Source of the DNA: an uncultured virus (IMG/VR IMGVR_UViG_3300025534_000009) | Lineage: Duplodnaviria > Heunggongvirae > Uroviricota > Caudoviricetes | Strand: one strand, 5' to 3' | Virus record (IMG/VR): IMGVR_UViG_3300025534_000009 | DNA: 20,000 bases | Shown here: piece by piece, positions 9,173 to 17,164 of the stretch | Numbering within the stretch: the first letter of the stretch is position 1 | Layout of the letters: each line of letters begins with the position of its first letter | Program-made: the position numbers and the translations under genes | Notes under the pieces: generated by a model | What the model was told of the DNA's origin: nothing | Seen by the model: the letters and a program-made list of their open reading frames with translations, nothing else | Database searches by the model: none

Positions 9173-9180
9173 TATAAATA
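9173..9180 (+). promoter_or_regulatory. T4-type late promoter (exact TATAAATA)
   Basis: Exact T4 gp55-dependent late consensus upstream of the vWA operon. Confidence 0.7.
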
Positions 9181-9186
9181 TTGTTA

Positions 9187-9261
9187 CATCGGAAATTGGT
9201 CCGATGATACGGGCAGTAAAAACCTCGCAAGTCGGTGAGGTAGTAAAGACCCGGTAAGGAG
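9187..9261 (+). promoter_or_regulatory. Structured 5' leader (candidate cis-regulatory RNA)
   Basis: Hairpin CATCGGA/TCCGATG, then an outer CGGG/CCCG stem, an internal loop with AGTAAA on both sides, and an inner ACCTCGC/GTGAGGT stem. It ends next to the RBS TAAGGAG. Confidence 0.45.
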
Positions 9262-9265
9262 CAAT

Positions 9266-9883
9266 ATGGTAGAACACGTTGATCAATCGCTTCCGGCGGG
9301 CGGTCGATCCACTGTCGTTGAACTTGTCATCGACGAGACCGGATCGATGTCAGCATTCAAGACCGCGACAATTTCAGCGATCAATTCCTTTCTCAAGGAT
9401 CAGGCAGAAGTCGAAGGTGAATGCCTTCTTTCGCTGAGCAAGTTCCACTCCGGTTCGATCCGGACTCCTATCCAGGACATCGACATCAGGTTCGTTCCTC
9501 CTATGACGGAGAGAACCTTCCTTCCTGGTGGCGGAACGAATTTGTATGACGCAATCATCGAGCGCATCAATGCCCTTAGTTCACGAACTGCGAACTGGAC
9601 GGGCGACTTTCAGGTCCTGTTCGTTGTCCTGACCGATGGTGAGGACAACATGTCGAGGAACGGGCCGAGACAGGTCAGAGCGTTGATCAAGAAATACGAA
9701 GCCGCGAATTGGCGGTTCATGTATTTGGGGGCGACCGACAACGCTTTGACGATTGCAAAGAGTCTCGGCTTTCATCGTAGCCGATCCAAGAAATTCAAGA
9801 TGAAGGACATTGAGAGGACCATGGCCGTGCTTTCTGCGAGCACGACGGTCTATCGCGCCACTGGGGTGGCGGAGATTGCTTGA
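9266..9883 (+). CDS. von Willebrand factor A (vWA) domain protein
   Basis: MIDAS-like IDETGSM, GGTNLYDAI and VVLTDGEDN motifs, with RBS TAAGGAG. Confidence 0.9.
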   Translation: MVEHVDQSLPAGGRSTVVELVIDETGSMSAFKTATISAINSFLKDQAEVEGECLLSLSKFHSGSIRTPIQDIDIRFVPPMTERTFLPGGGTNLYDAIIERINALSSRTANWTGDFQVLFVVLTDGEDNMSRNGPRQVRALIKKYEAANWRFMYLGATDNALTIAKSLGFHRSRSKKFKMKDIERTMAVLSASTTVYRATGVAEIA

Positions 9884-9894
9884 GGAGTTCATTC

Positions 9895-10674
9895 ATGCGG
9901 TACAATAACGTTTCCCTTGAAGTTCATGTTCGCGGTCGCCAGATCACCGAGTACCCGCACAACGGCCAGGTTTTCGTCGAGGGACGACCAGGCTCTCGCT
10001 ACGAGATCGTCGTTCGCAATCACAATCTCTTTCCGATCGAGGCCATCGTCTCCGTCGATGGTCTGTCGGTGATCGACGGAAAGGACGCTGGTCCGAACTC
10101 GTCAGGCTATCTCGTTGATCCTGGCGCCAGCATCACGATCCCCGGCTGGAAGGTGGACAGCGCGACGGCCGCTTCGTTTGAGTTTGCTGGTAAAGGCAAG
10201 AGCTATGCGCAATTCGCCAGCGGTTCGACGCGCAACGTCGGTGTGATCGGTCTCCTCGCATACAAGCTCCAGCACCCGATCTACACCACCGTTCCCCACC
10301 CCTTGAGGAGCATCCAGACCCAGCCCTTGCCTGGGTGGATTTACGCGAATGGCTATCAAGACGGGGTCGCTACGTACTCGGCATCAGGTTGCGTCAGCTA
10401 TGGGGCTTCCATCACCGCATGCTGCGTTCACGACGCAGGCGAGGTGAGCATGCAGAACCTCGGCACCGCGTTTGGTCAAGCGACTGATTTCGCCACCATC
10501 TCCATGGAAGCGAAGCGCGAGGACCTGCTCGGTATGATCGTCATCCATTATGACGACGCTCGCGGCCTGAAGGCCCGAGGTATCTCCCTGGACAAGCGAC
10601 CTCGCGTCCGCAACCAGCCCAACCCGTTTCCCGGAATGAGCGGCTGCAAGCCGCCACCCTGCTGGAACGGTTGA
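9895..10674 (+). CDS. Conserved hypothetical protein in the vWA operon
   Basis: ATG at 9895 after GAGGAG. YEIVVRN...SVDGLSVIDG...PGW...NVGVIG motifs match a recalled uncharacterised family. Confidence 0.85.
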   Translation: MRYNNVSLEVHVRGRQITEYPHNGQVFVEGRPGSRYEIVVRNHNLFPIEAIVSVDGLSVIDGKDAGPNSSGYLVDPGASITIPGWKVDSATAASFEFAGKGKSYAQFASGSTRNVGVIGLLAYKLQHPIYTTVPHPLRSIQTQPLPGWIYANGYQDGVATYSASGCVSYGASITACCVHDAGEVSMQNLGTAFGQATDFATISMEAKREDLLGMIVIHYDDARGLKARGISLDKRPRVRNQPNPFPGMSGCKPPPCWNG

Positions 10675-10680
10675 GATTGG

Positions 10681-10708
10681 AAGGCCCCGTTACGGGGCCT
10701 TTCCTTTT
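10681..10708. terminator. Terminator between convergent genes
   Basis: AAGGCCCC-GTTAC-GGGGCCTT followed by TCCTTTT. Confidence 0.7.
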
Positions 10709-11664
10709 CCGATGGGCGTGGACGCCTCGTAGAACAGGTAGGTATCCGGCTCGATGAATTCGTAGTCGTTCAAGCGGGTTTTCCCCTCTTCGACCAGCTC
10801 GCTGTGGAGCCTTACGTTCGTGATCGCCCGGTTCTTGCCGACCTTCGCCCGGATCACGCACTCATACATGCCTTCGCCGCCGAAACCAGGAAACCGGAAC
10901 TCCGTGAAGGACTTCTGCGTCTTCGTTCGGACACCGGACACGTCGGTGCACACAGGGTAACTGTCCTCCTCGTCGGACGAGGCCATGTCCTCGGACTCTT
11001 GATGATAGAGGTCGCAGAGAGTGCAAAGCGTCTTGAGGTTGATCGGTCGCGCGGGGAGCCCGACGACAACGATCTTGTACCGCCTGGCCTTTCCGATTGT
11101 GTCGATCAGGTAGACCTCATCCGGTCCCTTCTTGAGCATTTCGATAGCGAGCGACCTCGGAAAGATTTCTCCGCGATATCCGGCCCCAAGCGCCAGAACC
11201 CTGGCGACCGCTGCCAAACCGGCCCCATACGACGCCTTCACGGTCTCTGCCGAGAACTGACCTTCCTGCAAATCGAGGTAGGGCGCGTGAAAACCGAGTT
11301 GCGCTCGATAGTGGATCGAACGCCTCGGCATCAGAAAGTTCTCCTCCTGGCTGTTCCCGGCCATGAACAGGTTCGCGCACGCCGAAAAGCACTGTTCCCC
11401 ATCATCCACGAACGTACCGATGGTCTTCTCAATGAGGAACTCGGCGATGGCGAGGCCTTCGGCGTAGTTGCCGCCGTCGCTCGCCAGACACAGCGTGTCA
11501 CCGTAGTCGATGCCGCTGGAACTCAGCTTCTGCAAGTCGCCCTTTTCGATCCGGCCTGACAGAACATAGCCGCAGTTCGGACGATCCACCTTCTTGATCT
11601 CGGCCGCCGTGGCTACCCCGACAAACGCGGCAAACCACGCGAAAATCCATAAGAACCAACGCAT
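10690..11664 (-). CDS. Secreted/periplasmic protein with ClpP/crotonase-like fold (COG3904-like)
   Basis: Signal peptide (MRWFLWIFAW...ATAA) and LSGRIEKGD, LASDGG, CFSACANLFMAG and LGFHAP motifs. Confidence 0.8.
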   Translation of the reverse strand: MRWFLWIFAWFAAFVGVATAAEIKKVDRPNCGYVLSGRIEKGDLQKLSSSGIDYGDTLCLASDGGNYAEGLAIAEFLIEKTIGTFVDDGEQCFSACANLFMAGNSQEENFLMPRRSIHYRAQLGFHAPYLDLQEGQFSAETVKASYGAGLAAVARVLALGAGYRGEIFPRSLAIEMLKKGPDEVYLIDTIGKARRYKIVVVGLPARPINLKTLCTLCDLYHQESEDMASSDEEDSYPVCTDVSGVRTKTQKSFTEFRFPGFGGEGMYECVIRAKVGKNRAITNVRLHSELVEEGKTRLNDYEFIEPDTYLFYEASTPIGKGKAP

Positions 11665-11723
11665 TCCCCCTCCCTCTTAACGGGACCTTAGTCGGTCGAT
11701 GCCACGATGACCGCTCGGCCGCC

Positions 11724-11879
11724 TCAAATCCAGGTGGCCGTAACGAGAATGGTGGCTGCTGTCAGCACCACTGCCAAGAGCAAGGTCGCATCCAGGCTGT
11801 AGCGGCGAGACAGATCGCAGGCGGCAGGTACCTCGACCAGACGCTCACGACGCGGCGCGATGAGCGGAACCGTTCGCAT
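11724..11879 (-). CDS. Small protein with a C-terminal TM helix
   Basis: TGATG coupling to the upstream gene and a hydrophobic C-terminus. Confidence 0.55.
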   Translation of the reverse strand: MRTVPLIAPRRERLVEVPAACDLSRRYSLDATLLLAVVLTAATILVTATWI

Positions 11880-12451
11880 CACGCCTCTCCCGGCAGTTGT
11901 CCTGACCACCACCCATCAGGGGGCGACGACCCGCCTCTGCGGTCTCCGAAATTTTTAGGGCCTAAATGGACCGCTCCGCTCGCAGGTTCTTTGAAACCCC
12001 TATCTATCCTAGAATTGCGAGCGTTAGCGATAAATTTTGGCCCTTGTGACTTTCTCCGCAGCATGAAGGCCAGCATGGCTGCCGCGACACCGGAGAAACG
12101 CCAGAAGATGGGAGCCCTGCGGCAACCCTCGGTTGTGGCGCTCCAGCGCCATTTGCCGGTCCCGGACACGCGGGCGATGAAGCCGATCTTTTCAAGCTTG
12201 GCGATCGCCAGACGGATTTGCTTCTCGGTCAGCCCCAGTTCCTCGACCTGCGCGAGCGCCGCCCGGCAGATGACAAAATGCCGACCCCAGGTCTTGGGAC
12301 CGGCATGAAAGCGGGCCAGGAAGCGAGCGAGAACGTGAGCCGGGGTTTCCTTGTGACCTAGGCGGTCGTTGAGCCAATCACGGAGGCGACCGGGCATCCA
12401 ATATGGGCCGGACCAGCGGGATGGTCCGTACTTGGAGGTCTTAAAGCGCAT
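11879..12451 (-). CDS. Winged-helix DNA-binding protein, putative plasmid replication protein
   Basis: RAALAQVEELGLTEKQIRLAIAKLEKIGFIAR has a wHTH pattern. AGGAG RBS. It resembles recalled Methylobacteriaceae plasmid proteins, and an antisense sRNA cassette lies upstream. Confidence 0.7.
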   Translation of the reverse strand: MRFKTSKYGPSRWSGPYWMPGRLRDWLNDRLGHKETPAHVLARFLARFHAGPKTWGRHFVICRAALAQVEELGLTEKQIRLAIAKLEKIGFIARVSGTGKWRWSATTEGCRRAPIFWRFSGVAAAMLAFMLRRKSQGPKFIANARNSRIDRGFKEPASGAVHLGPKNFGDRRGGSSPPDGWWSGQLPGEA

Positions 12452-12587
12452 GCCAATACGCTCCTACCGCGCCAGATGCCGAGATCGGGCGCGCTGAGAT
12501 GTTTCAGAGGAGCGGCAATAGGCCAGCGTCTCGGGAAAACACCCGAGCCGTCTTGACCATAAAGGGCTGATTCGCTAGTGTCGCTAC

Positions 12588-12671
12588 TGCGAGGAAAGCG
12601 TCACTAGCGGCCCTTGCCGCTGTGAGTTTCAGAAAACGCCCGTCAGTTGCCGCTGACGGGTGTTTTCATTT
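12588..12671 (+). ncRNA. Putative counter-transcribed antisense RNA (ctRNA-like), copy 1
   Basis: TTGACC(12553)-N17-TAGTGT(12576) promoter with GATTC in the spacer, and terminator GAAAACGCCCGTCAG-N6-CTGACGGGTGTTTTCATTT. The 5' end is estimated. Confidence 0.6.
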
Positions 12672-12986
12672 GTGCCGTTGCCGTCACATCGATGAAGTCC
12701 TTGATGATCTGCGGGCGCGGGCGGCAGTTATCCACGCGCCGTCCACAGGTTATGGTTAACAAAAGCATGAGTGCTGAGTCTTTCGGCAGGGTCAACCCCG
12801 ACCGTGCCTGAAGGGCTCGAAAATCTAATATTCGCTTGGCCTTCGCGGCTTTCTCGGTCACTCCGCCATCTTCCTCCGATGATCTGCCGAGACAGGTTTC
12901 AACACCTGTACAGACAATAGTTCATCGTGTCGGGAACACGCCCGATCGCTCTTGACCAGTTGTCGGGGGATGGCTACCTTGAGTGT

Positions 12987-13060
12987 GTTGTGAGCTACTC
13001 CGGTAGCAAACACCCATTTACCGAGCGCCCGTCAGCACCACCTGGCGGGCGCTTCGTTTC
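12987..13060 (+). ncRNA. Putative ctRNA-like small RNA, copy 2
   Basis: TTGACC(12952)-N17-TACCTT(12975) promoter, internal hairpin GCTAC-TCCG-GTAGC, and terminator GAGCGCCCGTCAG-N6-CTGGCGGGCGCTT-CGTTTC. The 5' end is estimated. Confidence 0.55.
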
Positions 13061-13207
13061 GAGGGTCCATCACATGCTGATCCTCCATCCTGGGGCGTAT
13101 GAATCGGCGCCCACATTAATGATCTGTCAAAGATTCAAAGTCGCTTGAGTCGGTCAACCCCCAACACGCAATTCCGCCGTAATTCTGGCTGCGAGAGCCG
13201 CTTAGAC

Positions 13208-13641
13208 TATAAGGTATTTGTCGCGAAAGTCGGGTTCGGCGAATTACGCGACAAATACCTCATACCTGGGGAGGGGCGGAGCAGAGGCGCGGGGGAATTT
13301 CGCGACAAAAACCTAATAGTTGACCCCCCGAACCATAAGGTATTTGTCGCGAAAGTCGGTGCCCGCTCCGGAATCCTCCGGAATCCGAGAAGCCGGATGG
13401 CTCCGCGCAGCGGGCGCTGTGAGGTATTTGTCGCGAAACTCGGCCAGAAGGATCGGACTGCCCGACGGCGATCCGGTAACCCATTGAGAAACAATGGGAA
13501 ATAATTTCGCGACAAATACCTTATAGGGGGGGCGGAAGGCTCTGAAGCTCCCCGGACAGGCCCAAACGGGGGACTTTCGCGACAAAAACCTCATAGTTTG
13601 GGGACCAGGCGGAGGGGGAATTTCGCGACAAATACCTCATA
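13208..13641. repeat. Iteron array (putative oriV): eight 21-bp repeats, consensus TTTCGCGACAAAWACCTYATA
   Basis: Copies start at 13208, 13334 and 13418 (reverse complement of the consensus) and at 13244, 13298, 13505, 13575 and 13621 (consensus orientation). The array sits directly upstream of repA. Confidence 0.9.
13477..13489. promoter_or_regulatory. Candidate IHF binding site within the origin
   Basis: TAACCCATTGAGA matches YAANNNNTTGATW with one mismatch and lies in an AT-rich patch between iterons 5 and 6. Confidence 0.4.
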
Positions 13642-13669
13642 GTCGGTCGCCCCTCGCAGGCTGCGAAAT

Positions 13670-13698
13670 TTGACATCCGGGCGACCGGTCGCGAGACT
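13670..13698 (+). promoter_or_regulatory. repA promoter with palindromic operator
   Basis: TTGACA-N17-GAGACT. The spacer holds the perfect palindrome GCGACCGGTCGC (13681-13692), built from the iteron core GCGAC. Confidence 0.55.
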
Positions 13699-13726
13699 CA
13701 TTCTGTTGAATCTCAAGGACAAAGCA

Positions 13727-14878
13727 ATGTCGGTGCAGAAGCGCGGGTCGGTCCCCTCCAAGCCGAGGGTCATCAACGAGCCTCTCCAGTTCGACTTCTT
13801 CTCCTCCGACGACAAGGGCTACTCCAAGGCGCTCGGGCTTTGGGACATGGCGCCCTACACGGTCCTTTACACATCGGCCGAGGACCGCGAGTCCGGGCGC
13901 TACCTGAAGTCCATCGACCGGACGTTCGAGGCTGGCGGCAGGGTCTACAAGTTGACACTTCGCCCTGCCCGCATCCGCCATGAAGATGGGCGCGAGACCG
14001 ATGAGTACCCTGGCGAGCGCGAGCACCTGGTCGAGCTGGCGATCCGCCGTATCGCCACCATCCATCGAGACATGACGCTCGACTCCGACGAGGTCGTGTC
14101 GGTGACGGTCGGTCTCTATCAAATATGGAACGAGCTGCGCGCCAATGGGCACACCTACAGCTACGAAGAGATCGACGCGGCTCTCGACGTCCTCAACAAG
14201 GCGCAGGTCGAGATCAGCCGGATTGACAATGAGGATGGCGAGGAGATCGAGAACATCCTGTCGGAGCCCATATTCCCTTCCCTGCGCTACAGGAAGAACA
14301 CCAACAAGGAGCGGGTCTCCAGCAACATTGCGCGAATCAGACTCAATTCATTGATGGCAGACGCCATCAAGCGGCTCGATCTGCACGATGTCGATTACGG
14401 GCTGCTGATGTCGCTGAAGGCGATCCCGCGCTGGGTGTACAAGCGCCTGCACTACCTGGTGCTTTTCTCCAACACGGAGCAGGAGGTGTTCCAGGTCCGG
14501 GCTTCCGAAATCCAGCAGATTTCGGGTATGGGGACGTACAGCCGTGCCCGCGATGCCTGGGACAAGATCACCACGTACCTGAACGACCTGATCACGGCAG
14601 GCATCGCCGACGAGATCGTCCCCGAGCCGATCTATGACCGCAGCGGACGCGGACGACCGAAGCGGATCGACATCGTCTACAATATCAAACTGTCCAGCTG
14701 GTTCCTGGACACCTGCGCGAACGCGCGGCGTCGCATGATCAAGGACCGGGAGGACTTCATCGCGGTGGCTGGGCGGCACCCTCAGGAAGGGTGGCATCGC
14801 GCAGAGAGAGCCACGCGAACGAAACTCATCGAGCGCAAGAAGGCACGGGAGAGAGACGAAGCCGCCTCTCTCCCCTGA
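13727..14878 (+). CDS. repA: Plasmid replication initiator, IncA/C RepA-like family
   Basis: ATG at 13727 after AAGGA. It aligns colinearly with recalled IncA/C RepA: YS...D.P, PA.I...DGR....Y.G.RE...E.A.R..A, LY....EL...GH.Y...EI..A, FP, N.L....I, R..YKR..Y and ID..Y.I. Iterons are adjacent. Confidence 0.85.
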   Translation: MSVQKRGSVPSKPRVINEPLQFDFFSSDDKGYSKALGLWDMAPYTVLYTSAEDRESGRYLKSIDRTFEAGGRVYKLTLRPARIRHEDGRETDEYPGEREHLVELAIRRIATIHRDMTLDSDEVVSVTVGLYQIWNELRANGHTYSYEEIDAALDVLNKAQVEISRIDNEDGEEIENILSEPIFPSLRYRKNTNKERVSSNIARIRLNSLMADAIKRLDLHDVDYGLLMSLKAIPRWVYKRLHYLVLFSNTEQEVFQVRASEIQQISGMGTYSRARDAWDKITTYLNDLITAGIADEIVPEPIYDRSGRGRPKRIDIVYNIKLSSWFLDTCANARRRMIKDREDFIAVAGRHPQEGWHRAERATRTKLIERKKARERDEAASLP

Positions 14879-14885
14879 GAAATGC

Positions 14886-16157
14886 TCACCACAGAGTGGC
14901 CGGAAGACGACGCTTCCAGCGTTCGCCCGGCTTGAGGAAGCCCGCGTGCTCCTTCTCCGCGAACTTCGCGACCTTGGCTAGTTCGCGCGAGGCCCAGCGG
15001 TTGTAGAGAAGGCGCTTCGGCGGACGCACACCCGAGAATTCCCCGGCTGGCTCGGTCTGAGCCGGTGTGCTCGCAACTGGAGCGGGCGTGGGAGCGGGTG
15101 CAGGTGCGGGAGTCTGAACAGGCTGCTGGACAGCGACCTTCGGGGCTGTCTGCTTCCGGGGCTGACGCGGCTTGCGGGTCTTCGGTGCAGCCGCCTTCGG
15201 TGCGGCAGCCTCGTCCTTAGGAGCTGCTTCTTCCCACTCGTCGTCGGTAATGGGCGCGGGTTCGGGGGCCACATCGGCCGTTTCGGCCTCGCTCGACGCG
15301 TGAGCGGGTTCCTCAGGAGAAGCCGTCTCGACCGGCGTCTCTTCCTGAACGACCGGCTCCTCGACAACCGGGGCATGCTCCTCGGCCGCAGGCTCCGCTA
15401 CGACGACCGGCGCAGTCTCGTCCACGGCTGGCGCCTCGGTCTCGGCAACCGGTGCGGGCTCCTCGGTCGGGGCTTCCGCAACGACATCCGGCGCGGCCTC
15501 GACCACGTCCTCGGTCTTCTCGGCAACCGGTGCAGGAGCCTCTTCAACTTCTGCCTCTTCGACCTTGGCCTCCTCGACCTCCCGGCTCTTCGTCTCGACG
15601 GGCGCATCAACGAAGAGCGTTGGCTGGGAATTGTCCTCCAGCACGTCGAAGAGCTTCTTCTGCTGCGGGACGGAGGCTAGTTCGTTGCCTTCGAGGGTGT
15701 CTACCTTCTTCGGGCCGCGCTTGGAGCGCTTGTTGGCTTCAGACAGTCGCTCCTCAACCGGATCGGTACCGAGGAGGCTCGGGAGAACCTTCTTCTCCTG
15801 CGCAGCCTCGGGTTTCGGTTCGGGAGCGACCTGCGGCTCCACCGAGGCGGTCACGGCCTCGGGCTGTGGTGAAGGAGTTGCCGTACGACGCAGGAAGGAA
15901 GGGATTTCCAGATCGTCCGACTTCGAGGTATCGTTGCTCATTGTCACGTTCTGCGGTTGAAACGAACGCCCAAACAGCGCTTCCTCGGCGGAGCGCAGCT
16001 GGTCATACGAGATATCTTCGCGAATATCCCGCACCGGAAGTTCATCGTCGTAGATCGGGTCGATGGTATTACCTTCGGGCTCGATACCGTTTCCCGTTCT
16101 CATCGGCCGTCGCGAACGCTTTATCTCCACCTTGAACTGCGGGATTTGGCGTCTCAT
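14886..16157 (-). CDS. Acidic Pro/Ala/Glu-rich disordered protein with basic termini
   Basis: 423 aa. The N-terminal FKVEIKRSRR and C-terminal LKPGERWKRRL motifs are recalled from Hyphomicrobiales hypothetical proteins. GAGG RBS. Confidence 0.85.
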   Translation of the reverse strand: MRRQIPQFKVEIKRSRRPMRTGNGIEPEGNTIDPIYDDELPVRDIREDISYDQLRSAEEALFGRSFQPQNVTMSNDTSKSDDLEIPSFLRRTATPSPQPEAVTASVEPQVAPEPKPEAAQEKKVLPSLLGTDPVEERLSEANKRSKRGPKKVDTLEGNELASVPQQKKLFDVLEDNSQPTLFVDAPVETKSREVEEAKVEEAEVEEAPAPVAEKTEDVVEAAPDVVAEAPTEEPAPVAETEAPAVDETAPVVVAEPAAEEHAPVVEEPVVQEETPVETASPEEPAHASSEAETADVAPEPAPITDDEWEEAAPKDEAAAPKAAAPKTRKPRQPRKQTAPKVAVQQPVQTPAPAPAPTPAPVASTPAQTEPAGEFSGVRPPKRLLYNRWASRELAKVAKFAEKEHAGFLKPGERWKRRLPATLW

Positions 16158-16317
16158 TGGACCTCTGCTTAATGTCTTCCCAGACGAGGCAAATCAGTGT
16201 GATCGGATTCATTATAGCCCTTGGTCATCGGATGGGAAGGGGCATTCTGTCGCTATATTGTTTCTAAACACAAAAACTCCGGCCATGATCTCGCCAGAAA
16301 CTCCACGCCGTCTTGTT

Positions 16318-16908
16318 TCAAATCCACGAGAGCGTGGGAGAACCCTGGTATCCGTGCTCCCACACGTACCAAGCGAAGGCGATCATGCCTGTAGAATACC
16401 CATCCCCGTCTCCATTCCGGTACATGCTCAGCCTCTTGCTGAATACGTAGACGGTTCGGAGCGGTGTCTGCTCGAACAGGGCCTTTCGCTTCACACCCTC
16501 CAGGAATTGCAACTTGAGCAGCATCGCGACCTTCCCGGTCGTTCGATCCAGTGCATGCCGCACGAACCTTTCGGCAAACTTGTATGGCGGATTGGTGACG
16601 ATGTTCCGGGCTGTGTATGGGGACGAGAAGAAGTCATGACCGCCCTCCCCGTAACCACGGTCGATCAGGTCGGTAGCCAGAACGTCATAGCCACGCTCTG
16701 CAAGCACCGAACATATGGCACCGTCGCCACATGCAGGTTCCCAGATGATGCCGTCGAACCGTTCGCGGTCCAGCAAAGCATGCGTTGCTTCTGGCGGTGT
16801 TCTGTAGAAGTCGGCATCTGGCCGCCCAGCCGATGTACCGACGAGGCTCTGAGCCCGTCTCCTTCTCTTATCCTTTTCTGAAAGATCGTCAACGAAAGTT
16901 TTCACCAT
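16318..16908 (-). CDS. Phage-type DNA amino-methyltransferase (probably N6-adenine)
   Basis: DFYRTP, SAM-binding WEPACGDG and catalytic NPPY motifs. TAAATA lies 4 nt before the ATG. Confidence 0.9.
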   Translation of the reverse strand: MVKTFVDDLSEKDKRRRRAQSLVGTSAGRPDADFYRTPPEATHALLDRERFDGIIWEPACGDGAICSVLAERGYDVLATDLIDRGYGEGGHDFFSSPYTARNIVTNPPYKFAERFVRHALDRTTGKVAMLLKLQFLEGVKRKALFEQTPLRTVYVFSKRLSMYRNGDGDGYSTGMIAFAWYVWEHGYQGSPTLSWI

Positions 16909-17091
16909 ACATTATTTAGGATGACGGGCGCTTGCCCTGCTCCCGCCGACGCCGTCGATTCGCGATCCGGGTCGCGGGTCGGCCTGATGGCTCGGCAAAG
17001 GACGAAAACTCGTTGACGAAACACGATCGCAGGGCGGAAAACGGCGCTGTTGCAAGGGCTTAACCAAACGCACGAAAAATCGTTGACGAAA
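16886..17091. repeat. Three copies of the quasi-palindrome TCGTTGACGA
   Basis: A direct repeat ACGAAAA(C/A)TCGTTGACGAAA (19/20 identical) at 17002-17021 and 17072-17091, plus an inverted core at 16886-16895. Confidence 0.7.
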
Positions 17092-17110
17092 ACCGAATCT
17101 CGGCTATAGT
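17083..17110 (+). promoter_or_regulatory. Sigma70-type promoter of the ParB-like gene
   Basis: TTGACG-N16-TATAGT with GAATC in the spacer. Confidence 0.55.
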
Positions 17111-17164
17111 TCAGCCATCAAAGCGATTCCACAACGTATTCATACAGAAATAAGGAGTGTAGAT

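Noticed and set aside
12643..12861. 72-aa minus-strand ORF as a gene controlled by the second sRNA
   Set aside because: The RBS is poorly spaced, the ORF runs through regulatory sequence and has no clear motif. It is at most a remnant.
13145..13594. Overlapping ORFs with repeated KVFVAK/FRDKY peptides
   Set aside because: They are translations of the iteron DNA on both strands, with no RBS or codon bias.
13208..13641. CRISPR array
   Set aside because: The repeats are in both orientations, spacers range from 15 to 66 bp, there are no cas genes, and the adjacent rep gene explains them.
16318..16908. Restriction-modification system
   Set aside because: No adjacent endonuclease-like gene is present, so it looks like an orphan phage methyltransferase.
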